The notes under the pieces are model-generated. The model saw only the letters and a list, made by a program, of their open reading frames with translations, made no database searches and had not been told where the DNA came from. From the NCBI GenBank assembly GCA_032718475.1, contig JAUCBJ010002936.1:1-33528 (forward strand): a stretch of DNA of 33,528 nt, given 5' to 3'. Within the stretch, counting starts at the first letter, position 1. Every line of letters begins with the position of its first letter. This document shows, in pieces, positions 11,737-21,446 of the stretch. This DNA is from Nemertoderma westbladi. Lineage: Eukaryota; Animalia; Xenacoelomorpha. A program made the translations under genes and the position numbers.

Positions 11737-12249
11737 TCCGAACACTCACTCGCTCACCTGTAAGGTGGTGCCTTACCAAGGCGCAATACAGATGAGTGAT
11801 GTATCTAAGATGTTCTGTACGGTCCGATAATGGCCTATTCCTTACATAACTGCGCCCTTTTAGCCTAAATTATTACTAATTAATTCTGAAGCTAGTAAAT
11901 ACACCCTAATTTCGATTTCTGTCCGTTACTTTTATTATGTTCCAGAATAACTTTCCTAGTGTTGCCATAATTTGTAACTTTCAGCCCTATTCTATTTATT
12001 TTTATCTATCTATTTATTTTTAGTTTAATTTTAATTCTACTGTCCTACTACTTACTATTGCCTATGGATTATTCTATTCTCTAATCCACATTCTGGCCTA
12101 CTCTGTGGGCCTGTGCAGTACAACAGTATGCAGTATTACAACAGTACAACAGTAGTACAACAGTATTTACCCAGCTGTACTCATATGCCCCCCTCTCGCT
12201 ACTAACTGCTAACTAATATCTATATCTTATATATACCCTTCTACCTCTT

Positions 12250-12700
12250 ACTTTCTCTCTAACTAAAGGTACTACGTACCCTCTAACTCTTACTCTCTCT
12301 CTAACTAATGGTACTACGTACCCTCTAACTCTTACTCTCTCTCTAACTGACGGTGCTATGTACCCTCTAACTCTCTAACTAACTAGCGGTACTACGTACC
12401 CTCTAACTCTCTAACTAACGGTACTACGTACCCTCTAACTCTCTAACTAACTAGCGGTACTACGTACCCTCTAACTCTCTAACTAACGGTACTACGTACC
12501 CTCTAACTCTCTAACTAACGGTACTACGTACCCTCTAACTCTCTAACCAACTAGCGGTACTACGTACCCTCTAACTCTCTAACTAACGGTACTAGGTACC
12601 TCCTAACTAACTAACTAACTGACGGTACTACGTACCTCCTAACTAACTAACTCTAGGTACTACGTACCTCTTAACTAACTTCTGCCTACTAACTGCGTAC
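12250..12700. repeat. Tandem array of ~12 units (32-41 bp), each with the hairpin GGTAC-TAC-GTACC in CTAACT-rich spacers
   Basis: ggtactacgtacc or a close variant at about 12268, 12310, 12352, 12388, 12420, 12456, 12488, 12520, 12556, 12588, 12623 and 12656. Confidence 0.9.
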
Positions 12701-12817
12701 CTACTATGTACTATTATTTTTATTTTCTATTTTTTATTTGTGTGGGAAGGGCGTCTCGCCCTCAATCCCACCCCCCTCAGTCCAAAGCTTGGACGACTAA
12801 ACTATTCTCTAACTCCA

Positions 12818-13945
12818 CTAAGGTGCCCCTTCTAACAGACAGCATTTCCCTACAGCTCTCCTGTAGGTTTTTCTGTCCTTCGCACCTATCTTACCACCTA
12901 TCCGCACTTCTACCGATCGGACTCTTCCGTCCTCATCGGAGTAAGTGCCTACAACTCTCGCCAACCGCCACTGGTTGTTGATGATAGTATCATCCGTAAC
13001 GATTACGAGATCTCCTACTCTTAACTCCCTATTCGGCTTCCTCCACTTGCTTCTTTTATGGAGCGTGGGTAGGTATTCTTCTACCCACCTCCTCCAATAC
13101 TCTGCGCTTATTGCTTTAGCGACTTTCCAACTCTGGCGGGAGTGTATGTCATCTGGGTCTACACCCCGCATATCGATGGTCGCTGGCCTTTCCATCAGAA
13201 AATGGCTAGGCATCAGCACGTCTAGTGACTCAGGGTCATCATTCTCCGGATATAGCGGTCTGCTATTAATGATCCCCTCGCACTTCGCAAGCACTGTCCG
13301 TAAGACGTCCTCAGTGACCATGTGGGTACTCATTAGCTTCGTCATTAGACGCTTTGAACTGCCCACCAGTCTCTCGACGCATCCTAGTGTATGTGGTGCA
13401 TACGGCGTCCTTCTCTCCCACTTTACTTGTCGTCGTCTCATGGCCGCCCTGACTTCCTCCCCTTCCAAGATGTCCAAGGCCTCTGCCATCTCATTCTCTG
13501 CGCCCACAAAGTTGGTGCCATTGTCGCTGTATATCACTGCGATCGTCCCACCTTTGCGGTCTCTAAACCTTTCTAAGGCATTAATGAATGCTGATGCGGT
13601 TGCATCTTGGGCGAGTTCTATCCCTACCACCCGCGTGTTGTTACATACGAAGATGATACCGTAGCGTTTCTCCGTGTGCCGCATCACCTTGATCTTTATC
13701 GGCCCGAACATGTCCACACCGCAATGCGTAAATGGCGGGTCGTGCTGTCTTACTCTACTCGCTGGTAGTGGCGCCATCTCTTGTATGGCTCGCTCCTTCT
13801 TCGCTCGTCGGCAGGTCTGGCACTGCCCCACTACCGCTTTTACCTTCTTCCTCAACTGTTTGACCCAAAAGGTCCTCCTTATCTCCGTGAGAGTTCTGTT
13901 GGTGCCCCCGTGCAATATCGACTTGTGGGAGTCCCAGATAATCTG
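12818..13945 (-). CDS. BEL/Pao integrase (HHCC, DDE core, BEL-type C-terminal domain); remnant of pol
   Basis: HKSILHGG..FWV..CQTC; MAPLPASRV..PFTHCGVDMFGP; IYSDNGTNFVGA; APHTLGCVERLV; INSRPL; YWRRWVEEYLPTL..KW..VGDLVIV..WRLARV..DGRVRSVEV. The frame is uninterrupted. Confidence 0.92.
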   Translation of the reverse strand, partial: QIIWDSHKSILHGGTNRTLTEIRRTFWVKQLRKKVKAVVGQCQTCRRAKKERAIQEMAPLPASRVRQHDPPFTHCGVDMFGPIKIKVMRHTEKRYGIIFVCNNTRVVGIELAQDATASAFINALERFRDRKGGTIAVIYSDNGTNFVGAENEMAEALDILEGEEVRAAMRRRQVKWERRTPYAPHTLGCVERLVGSSKRLMTKLMSTHMVTEDVLRTVLAKCEGIINSRPLYPENDDPESLDVLMPSHFLMERPATIDMRGVDPDDIHSRQSWKVAKAISAEYWRRWVEEYLPTLHKRSKWRKPNRELRVGDLVIVTDDTIINNQWRLARVVGTYSDEDGRVRSVEVRIGGKIGAKDRKTYRRAVGKCCLLEGAP

Positions 13946-15430
13946 GAACAGGGAGCACCGTGGCCATAGTTGACGGATGTTCCACAATGCTGCTACCCTG
14001 TTCAGCGAGTAAAAGGCATTGGAAGCATCGACTAGGAGGACACCCCATCCATCATCAGCCCACTCCTGGAAAATATCTGCCATTGTGTGGACAGCTGCCT
14101 CGACTCCTGCTGATGTGCCGGCAGAGAGTTGTTCAGCGCCACATGTCATAGTCACATCGTCACCAGTTGCTTGTGCAATGGTGCGGGCCACGATCCAATG
14201 GATGCACTCGGATATCCCGATTGGTCATACCCTGGGACATTTATCGAGGGCAATGGGCTGACTGGACAAGAGAGCCCACATTGACTTCCATGGTAGAATG
14301 GTGTTCACCATGCTGCGAGTGATTCCAGCAATGCCCTCGTGGAGGTGCTCACTGTGAGCCCCAAATCTAAGCAGGTAATCCTGCCAGCGTGTGGAATCAG
14401 ATCCGGCAGGGCCTGCTCCTCCGTGGAGATGACGGATAGCAGATTCTATGTGGGCTCCAGTTATATCAACATTGATATGTACTGGAAAGTCGCCATCATG
14501 GTCCAACAAAGACTTTGCAGGGGCTGGTGCTGCTAAGGGGTGCTTGCTTCGTAGCACTTCAAGAACACTTACTTTGCAGCCACCTTTGTCAACTTCGTCA
14601 CTGGGATCCATGACACCACCTGACTCCCAGCCAATCACCTATCGAACCATACTCCGAACTTTGCCCTCAATCATAAGGTGAGTGAACACATAGATGGTGT
14701 GTTTTCGCTCATCAGCTGGCTGGCGTCAACCGACCCTGCCCTCTTCCCAGGGCCAAACTTCAGGGAGCAGCGTTCCGCCTCCTGGAGGAAGGCTTCCAGT
14801 TGCCTGATTCTGCGGGTGAGGATGCGGTGGATGTCGGCACCTTTAATTACCTTTGGGTCATGGTGGTGGAGAAGTGAGTCTGCAAGCAGGATTCTCTCAG
14901 ACCGCATTGTGTTGTAGTGCAGATACGAAGGTCGTCATTTCCAAAGCCAGCAGTGCGACAACATCACGCCCAACATCACGGCCACCCGGTAAACGGTATT
15001 TCAAACCATTCAACTGTGTACTGCATCTCCAATGGTGTAGAAGGATGTCTGGGGAGGCCCCTTTACCAACAAGTGGCCCCATAGGCTCTTGTCATTAAAT
15101 ACCTTCTCTGCATCCGTTGGCGTAGGTACCAATGTCTCACTTAGTGAGTTGAATGAAGTTTGGCTCTCTGGGAGCCTGGGATCCGTGATATTCATTGTGT
15201 CATTTGGGGAGGAAAAGTTTATTGGGATGGGCGGTTGGGACTGGGTTGATTGCGTACGGGTATTGGGACTCGGGCTTATTGTAAATTGGTTCTTGCATCC
15301 TCCTGCAAGGAACTGCGCGCAGCTAATACAGGGATGCCGCGCTTTGTTACACCCGCATCGTCCTGATGTGCAGCAACTATAGCGAGTAATGCCACATTGG
15401 CAGCACCACTGCGATCCCTGCTGCATTCCT
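13946..15430 (-). mobile_element. Degenerate CRE-clade element, 5' half (Cys-rich N-terminus to RT motif 3)
   Basis: CCQCGITRYSCCTSGRCGCNKARHPCISC; YRLPGGRDVGR; SVLEVLRSKHP; LHGGAGPAGSD..WQDYLLRFG; IALDKCPRV; QLSAGTSAGVEAAVH; LLVDASNAFYSLNR..WPRCS. Multiple frameshifts. Confidence 0.82.
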
Positions 15431-15629
15431 CTTTAAATTCCAATCAAACGTCAGTAACAGGCAATTAATACAATATAATACATAATAAGAACGCTAGGGG
15501 GTGTGTAAGTTACTCTGTTTCATTGGGGAGGGAGGGGGGTGTATGTAAGTCTGTTCCGTCAGGTGGGGGAGGAGGGGGGGGGGGGGGGGTGTGGTGGGGT
15601 ATTAGGGACCATGGACCAACTCGTAGAGT

Positions 15630-15998
15630 CCCTTGTTGTTAGGGGTCCACGGTCCCCATAATGGAGGCCGCATTGCCGACCAGGATGGCGATTGCCAGCC
15701 TTTGCAACAGGAGGAAGTGGTGAGATCAGAGCTCCTGGGTAACAATTGGAGTCTTGCCCCGATCTCCTTCAGGAACTCGGATGTTTCTGGGCCAGGGCGG
15801 CCAAAGGTCTCGGAGGCTACCGGGTGGAAGAGGTAGCCCCAGTCCATGAGTTCCTGGTACTTGCGCATCTTTAGAGTTTCCGCTTCCTCTGCAGTGCGTC
15901 CTCCAGCGGATAGCGTCTGGGCGAGGTGGCTGGGCGCCAGTGGGTCCGCCACCGTCGCATCCCACGTGAGGAACCTCCCGCAGCTCCATGGGACCAGT
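15630..15998 (-). mobile_element. 5'-truncated CRE-type RLE endonuclease fragment (different family from 770..2410)
   Basis: LVPWSCGRFLTWDATVADPLAPSHL..AEEAETLKMRKY..LFHPVASETFG, then a shifted frame LQRLAIAILVGNAASIMGT. Confidence 0.8.
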
Positions 15999-16296
15999 AA
16001 TTTAATACAGTACTTGGGAAAAATGTAGAACCTTTTGCCACTATTCTTGTGGTAATTTATTTACCAAGTGCCAGCGAGTTTAATATACACACTAGAGTCA
16101 AGAGAATATTGAACAAATTTGCTACTGTACTGTATGTTTCCTTCCCATGTAATACGTAATTTTATTCTTATATTGGATCTTCTTGCGGCTAAATTCTTTA
16201 ATAAAATATAGAACGAAATATTGAAACAAAAGTGAAAATAGTGATCTTCAGCAAATCATAATATTATGTATGTATTATTGAAAGACAGGGGGGAAA

Positions 16297-16408
16297 CTGG
16301 ACGCAAATCCCACATTGGCGAATTAATATCCCGCTTCAATGTTAAATTCTCAATTTAGGGAAAGGAGCAGGTTCCAGTGGCACATTATTTGAACCAAAAA
16401 ATAAACTA
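16297..16408 (+). repeat. Dispersed repeat, copy 2 (one CTGGACGCAAATCC unit plus the flank seen at 249..360)
   Basis: Direct similarity to 249..360. It abuts the truncated Gypsy integrase. Confidence 0.85.
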
Positions 16409-16419
16409 TGAACACAGCG

Positions 16420-17290
16420 GACACAACGGACACCCCAGTCGGACAGGAATGACTGGACGGCGTCGGACACCAGCTGGGGCCCGTTGTCTGGACGGATAAC
16501 GGTCGGTACCGCAGTGGCCAAGAAGAGGCGGCGGAGGCAGTCGATTATTACTGGGGAGGTTGAGTTCTGGCCGAGTTTATAAAGGGTGGGCCAGCCAGTG
16601 AATTCGTCAGTCACAACAAGGTAGTTGGTGCCATCTAGGACAAATATGTCGGTGTGTACTCTTTGGAACGGGCGGGTGGCGTCCGGGTTCCGTTGGAGTG
16701 GCTCGGGTGGGTGCGATGGGAGGGCTGCCTGACAGGGTTGGCAGCGCTCGACCATCTGTTTGATGTCGTTGGGTATGGAGGGCCACCAGACGGAGCGACA
16801 CGCACTCTCCCGAGTTTTAGTGAGTCCCTGGTTGGTGGCGTGGAGTAGCCGGAGCATCTCGGGACGGAGTTCGATGGGGATATAGAGCTGGGGCCCGCGG
16901 AGAATGACGCCATCGTGCACCATCAGCTCCGAGCGGAACTGGAAGTAGGGCCGCAGCTGGTCATCGGTGATGTTGTGTTTGGACGTCGGCCAGCCGTCCC
17001 GGATGGTGGCGAGGAGCGCGCGGTACACGGGGTCGCGCTGCCCAGCCTCCCGGATCTGGTCGAGCTGCGCGTCCCGAGATTCGACCGACGGGGTGGCGGC
17101 GGACGAGGCGACGGCCGCGGAGATGGTAAACTCCCGGTCTGCGTCGTCTTCCAGAGTGAGGAGGATGTCGTCGGAGGTTGGGGAGTTCCGGGGGGCGCGG
17201 GAGAAGGCGTCGGCGATTACGTGTTTACTGCCGCGTTGGTGGCGGGCGGTGAAGTTAAAGCGCGACATCAACGTCTTTAACTTCAGCAGC
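16420..17290 (-). pseudogene. Gypsy RNase H end and integrase (truncated)
   Basis: HVIADAFSR; GWP; LLHATNQG..WWP..CQPC; RPFQRVHTDIF; RPDNGPQL. The frame runs into unrelated repeat sequence before the catalytic Glu. Confidence 0.88.
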
Positions 17291-17296
17291 CAATCG

Positions 17297-18700
17297 TTAC
17301 CGGCGGTCGTTCAGGATGGGGATCAGGGGGCTGCTATCGGTTACGAGCTCGAAGTGGCGGAGCCCGTCGAAGAAGTAGCGGCACTTGTGGGCCGCCCACG
17401 CAGTGCCGAGGGCCTCCAGTTCCGCCATCCCCGACCAGTTGGCCTCGTGTGTGGTCAGGGTGCACGAGCCGCACTGGACGGTGCACCAACGGTTGGCGTC
17501 GGAGTCCCACTGGTGGAGGTGAAACCCGAGGCCGTTCAGTCGGGAGGCGTCCGTCAGCAGCTCGGTTCGGCGGTCCGGGTGGAACCTCGACAGGTAGTGC
17601 GGACTCGACAGGGTTGACCGGGTTGCCTCGAACGCAGCCTGGTGTTGGGGGAGCCAGACCCAGGAGTTGAGGTTCGAGTTTAGCGAACGGAGCGGGTCGA
17701 CGAGTCGGGTTATCTCCGCCGTCGAGTTCCCGAGCTCCTGGGTGAGTCCGAGGAACGAGTGGAGCTGACGGCGGTTCGTCGGGACTGGGAAGTAGCGGAA
17801 GTCGTCGGAGAGGGCCGGGTCAATCCGGTAGCGGCCAAGGGAGACCAGGTAGCCGCCGAACCGGACCTCGGCCTGTTTGAACTGGACCTTTGCCGTGTTT
17901 ATGGAGATCGACGAGGCGACGCAGGCGGCCAGGATGCGGGCCACCGCCTCGGAGTGCTTCTCCGCCGTGTCGGTGTAGATAATGATGTCTTCAACGATCC
18001 TCCCGATGTTTGGGATTCCTCGGAGGGCTTTATCCATCCGGGCGTTGAAGACATCAGAGCTACCATGCCAACCCATCGGCATCCGGCGGTAGCGGAACCA
18101 GCCTCGTGGCGTCACAAAGGTGGTCAGTCGGCGACTGGAGAAGTCCAACCCGACCTGGTGGAAGCCCTTGAGGCCGTCGAGCACCGAGAAGACGCGGGCG
18201 GATGTTGGGATCCGGGAGACGACCTCGAAGGGAGTGGCGGAGTAGTAGGTGGGACGCACGGTGGCCTTATTGAGTTCCCGGAGGTCTACCATGATCCGCA
18301 CCTTGGTGGCGTCCTTCTTTTTGGTGACCACCATGGGGCTGAGCCACTCGCCGGGGTTCCGCTCGTCTGCGGCGGGCTCGAGGATTCCCATGGCAACCTG
18401 CTCGTCCAGCTCGCGGTTGAAGGCGGCCTCGAGGTTGATGGGGATGGCGTGGTTTGCGTAGGAGTTGGTGGGCCGGGCGCCCGGGTGGAGTTTGATTGTA
18501 ATATCCCCCCCGGACATTACGTGGCATTTCCCCGATAGGGGGCGGGGGAAACGCTGTTGTAGGGCCGCCCAAGCCGCAGTGTTGGTGTTGGTTGGCACCG
18601 TGGATGGCGGCGTGGGTGGTTTCGCGGGCGGCGGGGTTGCCTCCTCCCTGGGCGCCGATAGCGGTGGCGCGATCATCTGGTAGGACTGCGGGGTGCGGCC
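17297..18700 (-). pseudogene. Gypsy reverse transcriptase and RNase H
   Basis: WLSPMVV..VRIMVDLRELN; SVLDGLKGFHQ; RMPMG; IVEDIII (altered xxDD); LLTDASRLNGLG; ELEALG; VTDSSPL. Confidence 0.9.
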
Positions 18701-20093
18701 GGGGGGCGGAGGTGGGCCGTCGGAGGATCGGGCTCTGGAGGATGGCCAGCAGTAAACAGGCCTTCCTCGACAGTAGCGGCTGCTGCAGCCCATCGATGAC
18801 CCACACATCCGTGGTGCAGGCGGTGTGGAGGGTGGGGCACTGGAGGGTCGCAGTGAAGATCCGGATCACTGTCCACCCAGAGCGGCACCCGTTGGCCAGT
18901 CGCAGCGCTTTGGGGGGCGTTTGGGTGGTCTGGAGGTTCTCCATCGTCCCGCCGAAGGAGCGGAAGATGGGGAGCGGGAGCGCGGTGATGTTCGCTCCGG
19001 AGTCGGGGAGGAACTGCGCCGCTGTAATCCCAAAGTTTGGGTTCTTCGTCACCTGGAACCCGACGGTGACGGTCTCCAGAGGCTCCAGGGACTCCATAGC
19101 CGAGACGATGGGGGCGTCTTCCAGTTCGGCGCCCGCCAGGATGGACCACACCTCGGCGCGGTTCGCTGTGGTGCATGAGTCGTCAGCGGGGCCGGTGGCA
19201 GCGTGGGCGCACGGTTCGCCGGAGTTGGTCGGGCACATCCGGTCGTAGTGCCCAGTCGTGCCGCAGTGGCGGCACGTTGCCTTTATTCCCGGGCACGTCT
19301 TTCCAGCCGGGTGCAGCGTGTATCCGCACTGATGGCAGAGGGTGGGCGGTTGAAGTTGGTTGCGGCGGTTGTGGGTGCGCCGGCCTCCCGGCGTCGGAGC
19401 AGGGTGGGTCGCCACGCTGTGGGATGCGGTGGCCTTGGGGGTGGTGGTGTTGAAGGAGGCGGCATCCTTCCGCGCCGTCCAAACGGATTGGGCCCGCCTG
19501 AGAGCGTCGGAGAGGGTCGCTCCATTCTCGAGGCGGAGGAGTTGCTCCGTCACCTCGCGGTCGTTGAACCCCGCCACGAACTGGTCGAGCAACCGGTCGT
19601 TGAGGTGCGCCTCCGCGGTGGGGAGGGCGACGAACCGGCACTTTGTGGCGAGGTCGCGGAGGTGGACGAGGAACGTCTCCGGGGTTTCCTCGGGGAGTCT
19701 TTGGCGATGGGAGAGTTCCTGGCGGTGGACGCGGACGTTCGTCCCGCCGTCGATGTGGACTTCCAGTCTATCGATGACGGTGGTGGCATTACAGTTCTCC
19801 TCCGGTGTGAGGGCGAGTCCCTTGACCACAGCGTTGGTGGCGCGCGTAAAGGCAGTCATGAGGGCGGCTCGCCGTTGTCGCTGGGCAGCGCGGAGGAGGA
19901 CTGCCAATAGAGCTGGGTCGGGTTGGGCGGCGGGGTCGGCTTCGTGGAGGTTCTCCAGGCCGGAGGTGACGAGGAAGGCCTCCCATTCTTCGCGCCATAA
20001 CGCCCAGGTGAGGCGCTCGGTTTCTATGTCGAACGGGGGCGGATTACCTCGAAGAATGAAGCTTCTCGGATCGCGGTGGTCCGACATCTTCAA
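18700..20093 (-). CDS. Gypsy gag (two zinc knuckles) and aspartic protease
   Basis: LRDLATKCRF..LLDQFVAG; CHQCGYTLHPAGKTC and CRHCGTTGHYDRMC; FLPDSGANIT..PLLSRKAC. Confidence 0.88.
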
Positions 20094-20150
20094 TAGTGTT
20101 GGCAGATTGGCATTGAGTGAGTTGGGTGGTGTTGGTAGGTCGAACCTAAA

Positions 20151-20159
20151 GCTGCGTCA
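20151..20159 (-). other. Primer binding site, tRNA-Ser-like (TGACGCAGC, one mismatch from TGGCGCAGC)
   Basis: It directly follows ..TAGTCA on the minus strand, ~60 bp upstream of gag. The tRNA identity is from recall. Confidence 0.6.
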
Positions 20160-20306
20160 TGACTAATCAGGAGGGCAGGGTGCAGCAATGCAGAAAGCCG
20201 TAGGACGTATGTACTACTGTATAATCAGGATGGATATAATAAAACATAACCAAGATAGCTACGCCATCTAGCGGGCCAAAGGCGTAGGACTTATGATGAT
20301 ACTACA
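20160..20306 (-). repeat. Putative short 5' LTR (~147 bp)
   Basis: The minus strand runs TGTAGTATC...GATTAGTCA and then the PBS. The outer boundary is uncertain because no partner LTR survives. Confidence 0.5.
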
Positions 20307-20744
20307 CATTCTGGAATAATATTTGTGATGAAACTAGAGAGCAGCTCAACTACATACAGTATACCAATATTGTATATTTGGCCTATTGTATGTTTGGCCA
20401 TGTACAGTCCCAATCCCAATAAACATTAACTTGGTCGTTTTGGCGGCCAAAATGACCAAAATCACCAAAAAAATGTAGTGTATTCCTATGGGCTACTTGG
20501 TCGTTTTGGCGAAGCGATTTAACTCGAATCAGCTCAATCCAGACAGTCTGTCTCCTTGGCCATCCATTTGGTGGATCTGACTAAATGTCGGCTCGCTTTC
20601 ATTTTTATTATTGACAGATTGTTAACTTACCCGGCGCTGAGCCTTGCAGTACTGGAGTCCGCCCACTGAGGCATTGATAGAGTACACAGTCTTATAAAAG
20701 GAGTTGAATGGGGCTTCGTTAAAGGAGGAGTATGTATAATAATC

Positions 20745-20965
20745 TGAACGTCCCAAAATTAATTTATGGACGTCCCGAAATTAATTTATGGACGTCCCGA
20801 AATTAACTATAGGGACGTCCCGAAATTAACTTATGGACGTCCCGAAATTAATTTATGGACGTCCCGAAATTCATTTATGGACGTCCCGAAATTAATCTAT
20901 CAACCAATCAGCATCGTAATGAAATAACTAATTAATGGACGTCCTTAAATTAATTTCGGGATGTT
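20745..20965. repeat. 21-22 bp minisatellite GGACGTCCCGAAATTAATTTAT (~7 copies) plus a partly inverted terminal copy
   Basis: Repeated acgtcccgaaattaa at 20748..20897; ttaatttcgggatgt near 20950. Confidence 0.9.
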
Positions 20966-21055
20966 AATTTCGGATATTAATTTCAATAATATTTTTTTTT
21001 ATAATAAAAATTTGTTTTAATATTTTTTTACAATGTATAATTCGCGGACACTGCG

Positions 21056-21446
21056 GGGTGACTACAAAACAAAGACCCAATTATAATGACCTCCATATTC
21101 TTGTTACATGTGTTAACTTTCGTTAATTGTTATGAATCCCCAGTCACGCCTCTGTAACTTGCTCCTTTACTAACCTGCTCCTTTGCTTTAAATAGCAATG
21201 GTACATAACGCTCATTGTGACCTGTACAAAACAAAGAGGTAAAGTCGCGTTAGGTCCCAAAGAGCTTTAGGTCCCATTGCCAGAGAGCGTGAGGTCACAT
21301 TGCCATTTAAAGGAGCAGGTTAGTAAAGAAGCAGGTTGCAGAGGCGTGTTGGGGAACCAAAACAATAAACGAAAGTTAACACATGTGTTTTGTATTTGTA
21401 CAGGTCTTTATTATTTGGGTCGTTGGTCTTTGTTTTGTAGTCACCC
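21056..21446. mobile_element. MITE, 391 bp, long imperfect TIRs, 9-bp TSD (Mutator-like)
   Basis: Termini GGGTGACTACAAAACAAAGACC / GGTCTTTGTTTTGTAGTCACCC. Inverted similarity extends ~150 bp. GACACTGCG occurs at 21047..21055 and 21447..21455. Confidence 0.9.

Larger units (their letters stand above)
7615..13945 (-). mobile_element. 5'-truncated BEL/Pao LTR retrotransposon: integrase, long 3' region with accessory ORF, PPT, 3' LTR
   Basis: A BEL-type integrase ends at 12818. PPT plus TGTTAG..CTAACA LTR lie at 8480..7615. All parts are on the minus strand. A CTAACTAACT low-complexity motif is shared by the LTR (~7810, ~8135) and the array next to the integrase. Confidence 0.75.
16410..20306 (-). 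mobile_element. Ty3/Gypsy LTR retrotransposon (Mag-like), 3'-truncated within the integrase
   Basis: Order gag-PR-RT-RH-IN, GC-rich, with a short 5' LTR and PBS and two apparent frameshifts (~18700, ~17290). Confidence 0.9.

Noticed and set aside
10832-11779. 315-aa overlapping minus-strand ORF and the antisense ORFs at 9589..11700
   Set aside because: No recognisable motifs; these are expected shadow frames in purine-biased, GC-rich coding DNA.
18690-18730. Programmed frameshift between protease and RT
   Set aside because: No clear slippery heptamer, and the element has other lesions (VEDI in RT, a second frameshift), so decay is more likely.
16915-20166. Long plus-strand ORFs over the Gypsy element
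   Set aside because: Antisense shadows of GC-rich gag-pol.
20431-20459. Palindrome ttggtcgttttggc-g-gccaaaatgaccaa as a terminator or regulatory hairpin
   Set aside because: Eukaryotic context; probably part of another small repeat, since the motif recurs at ~20497.
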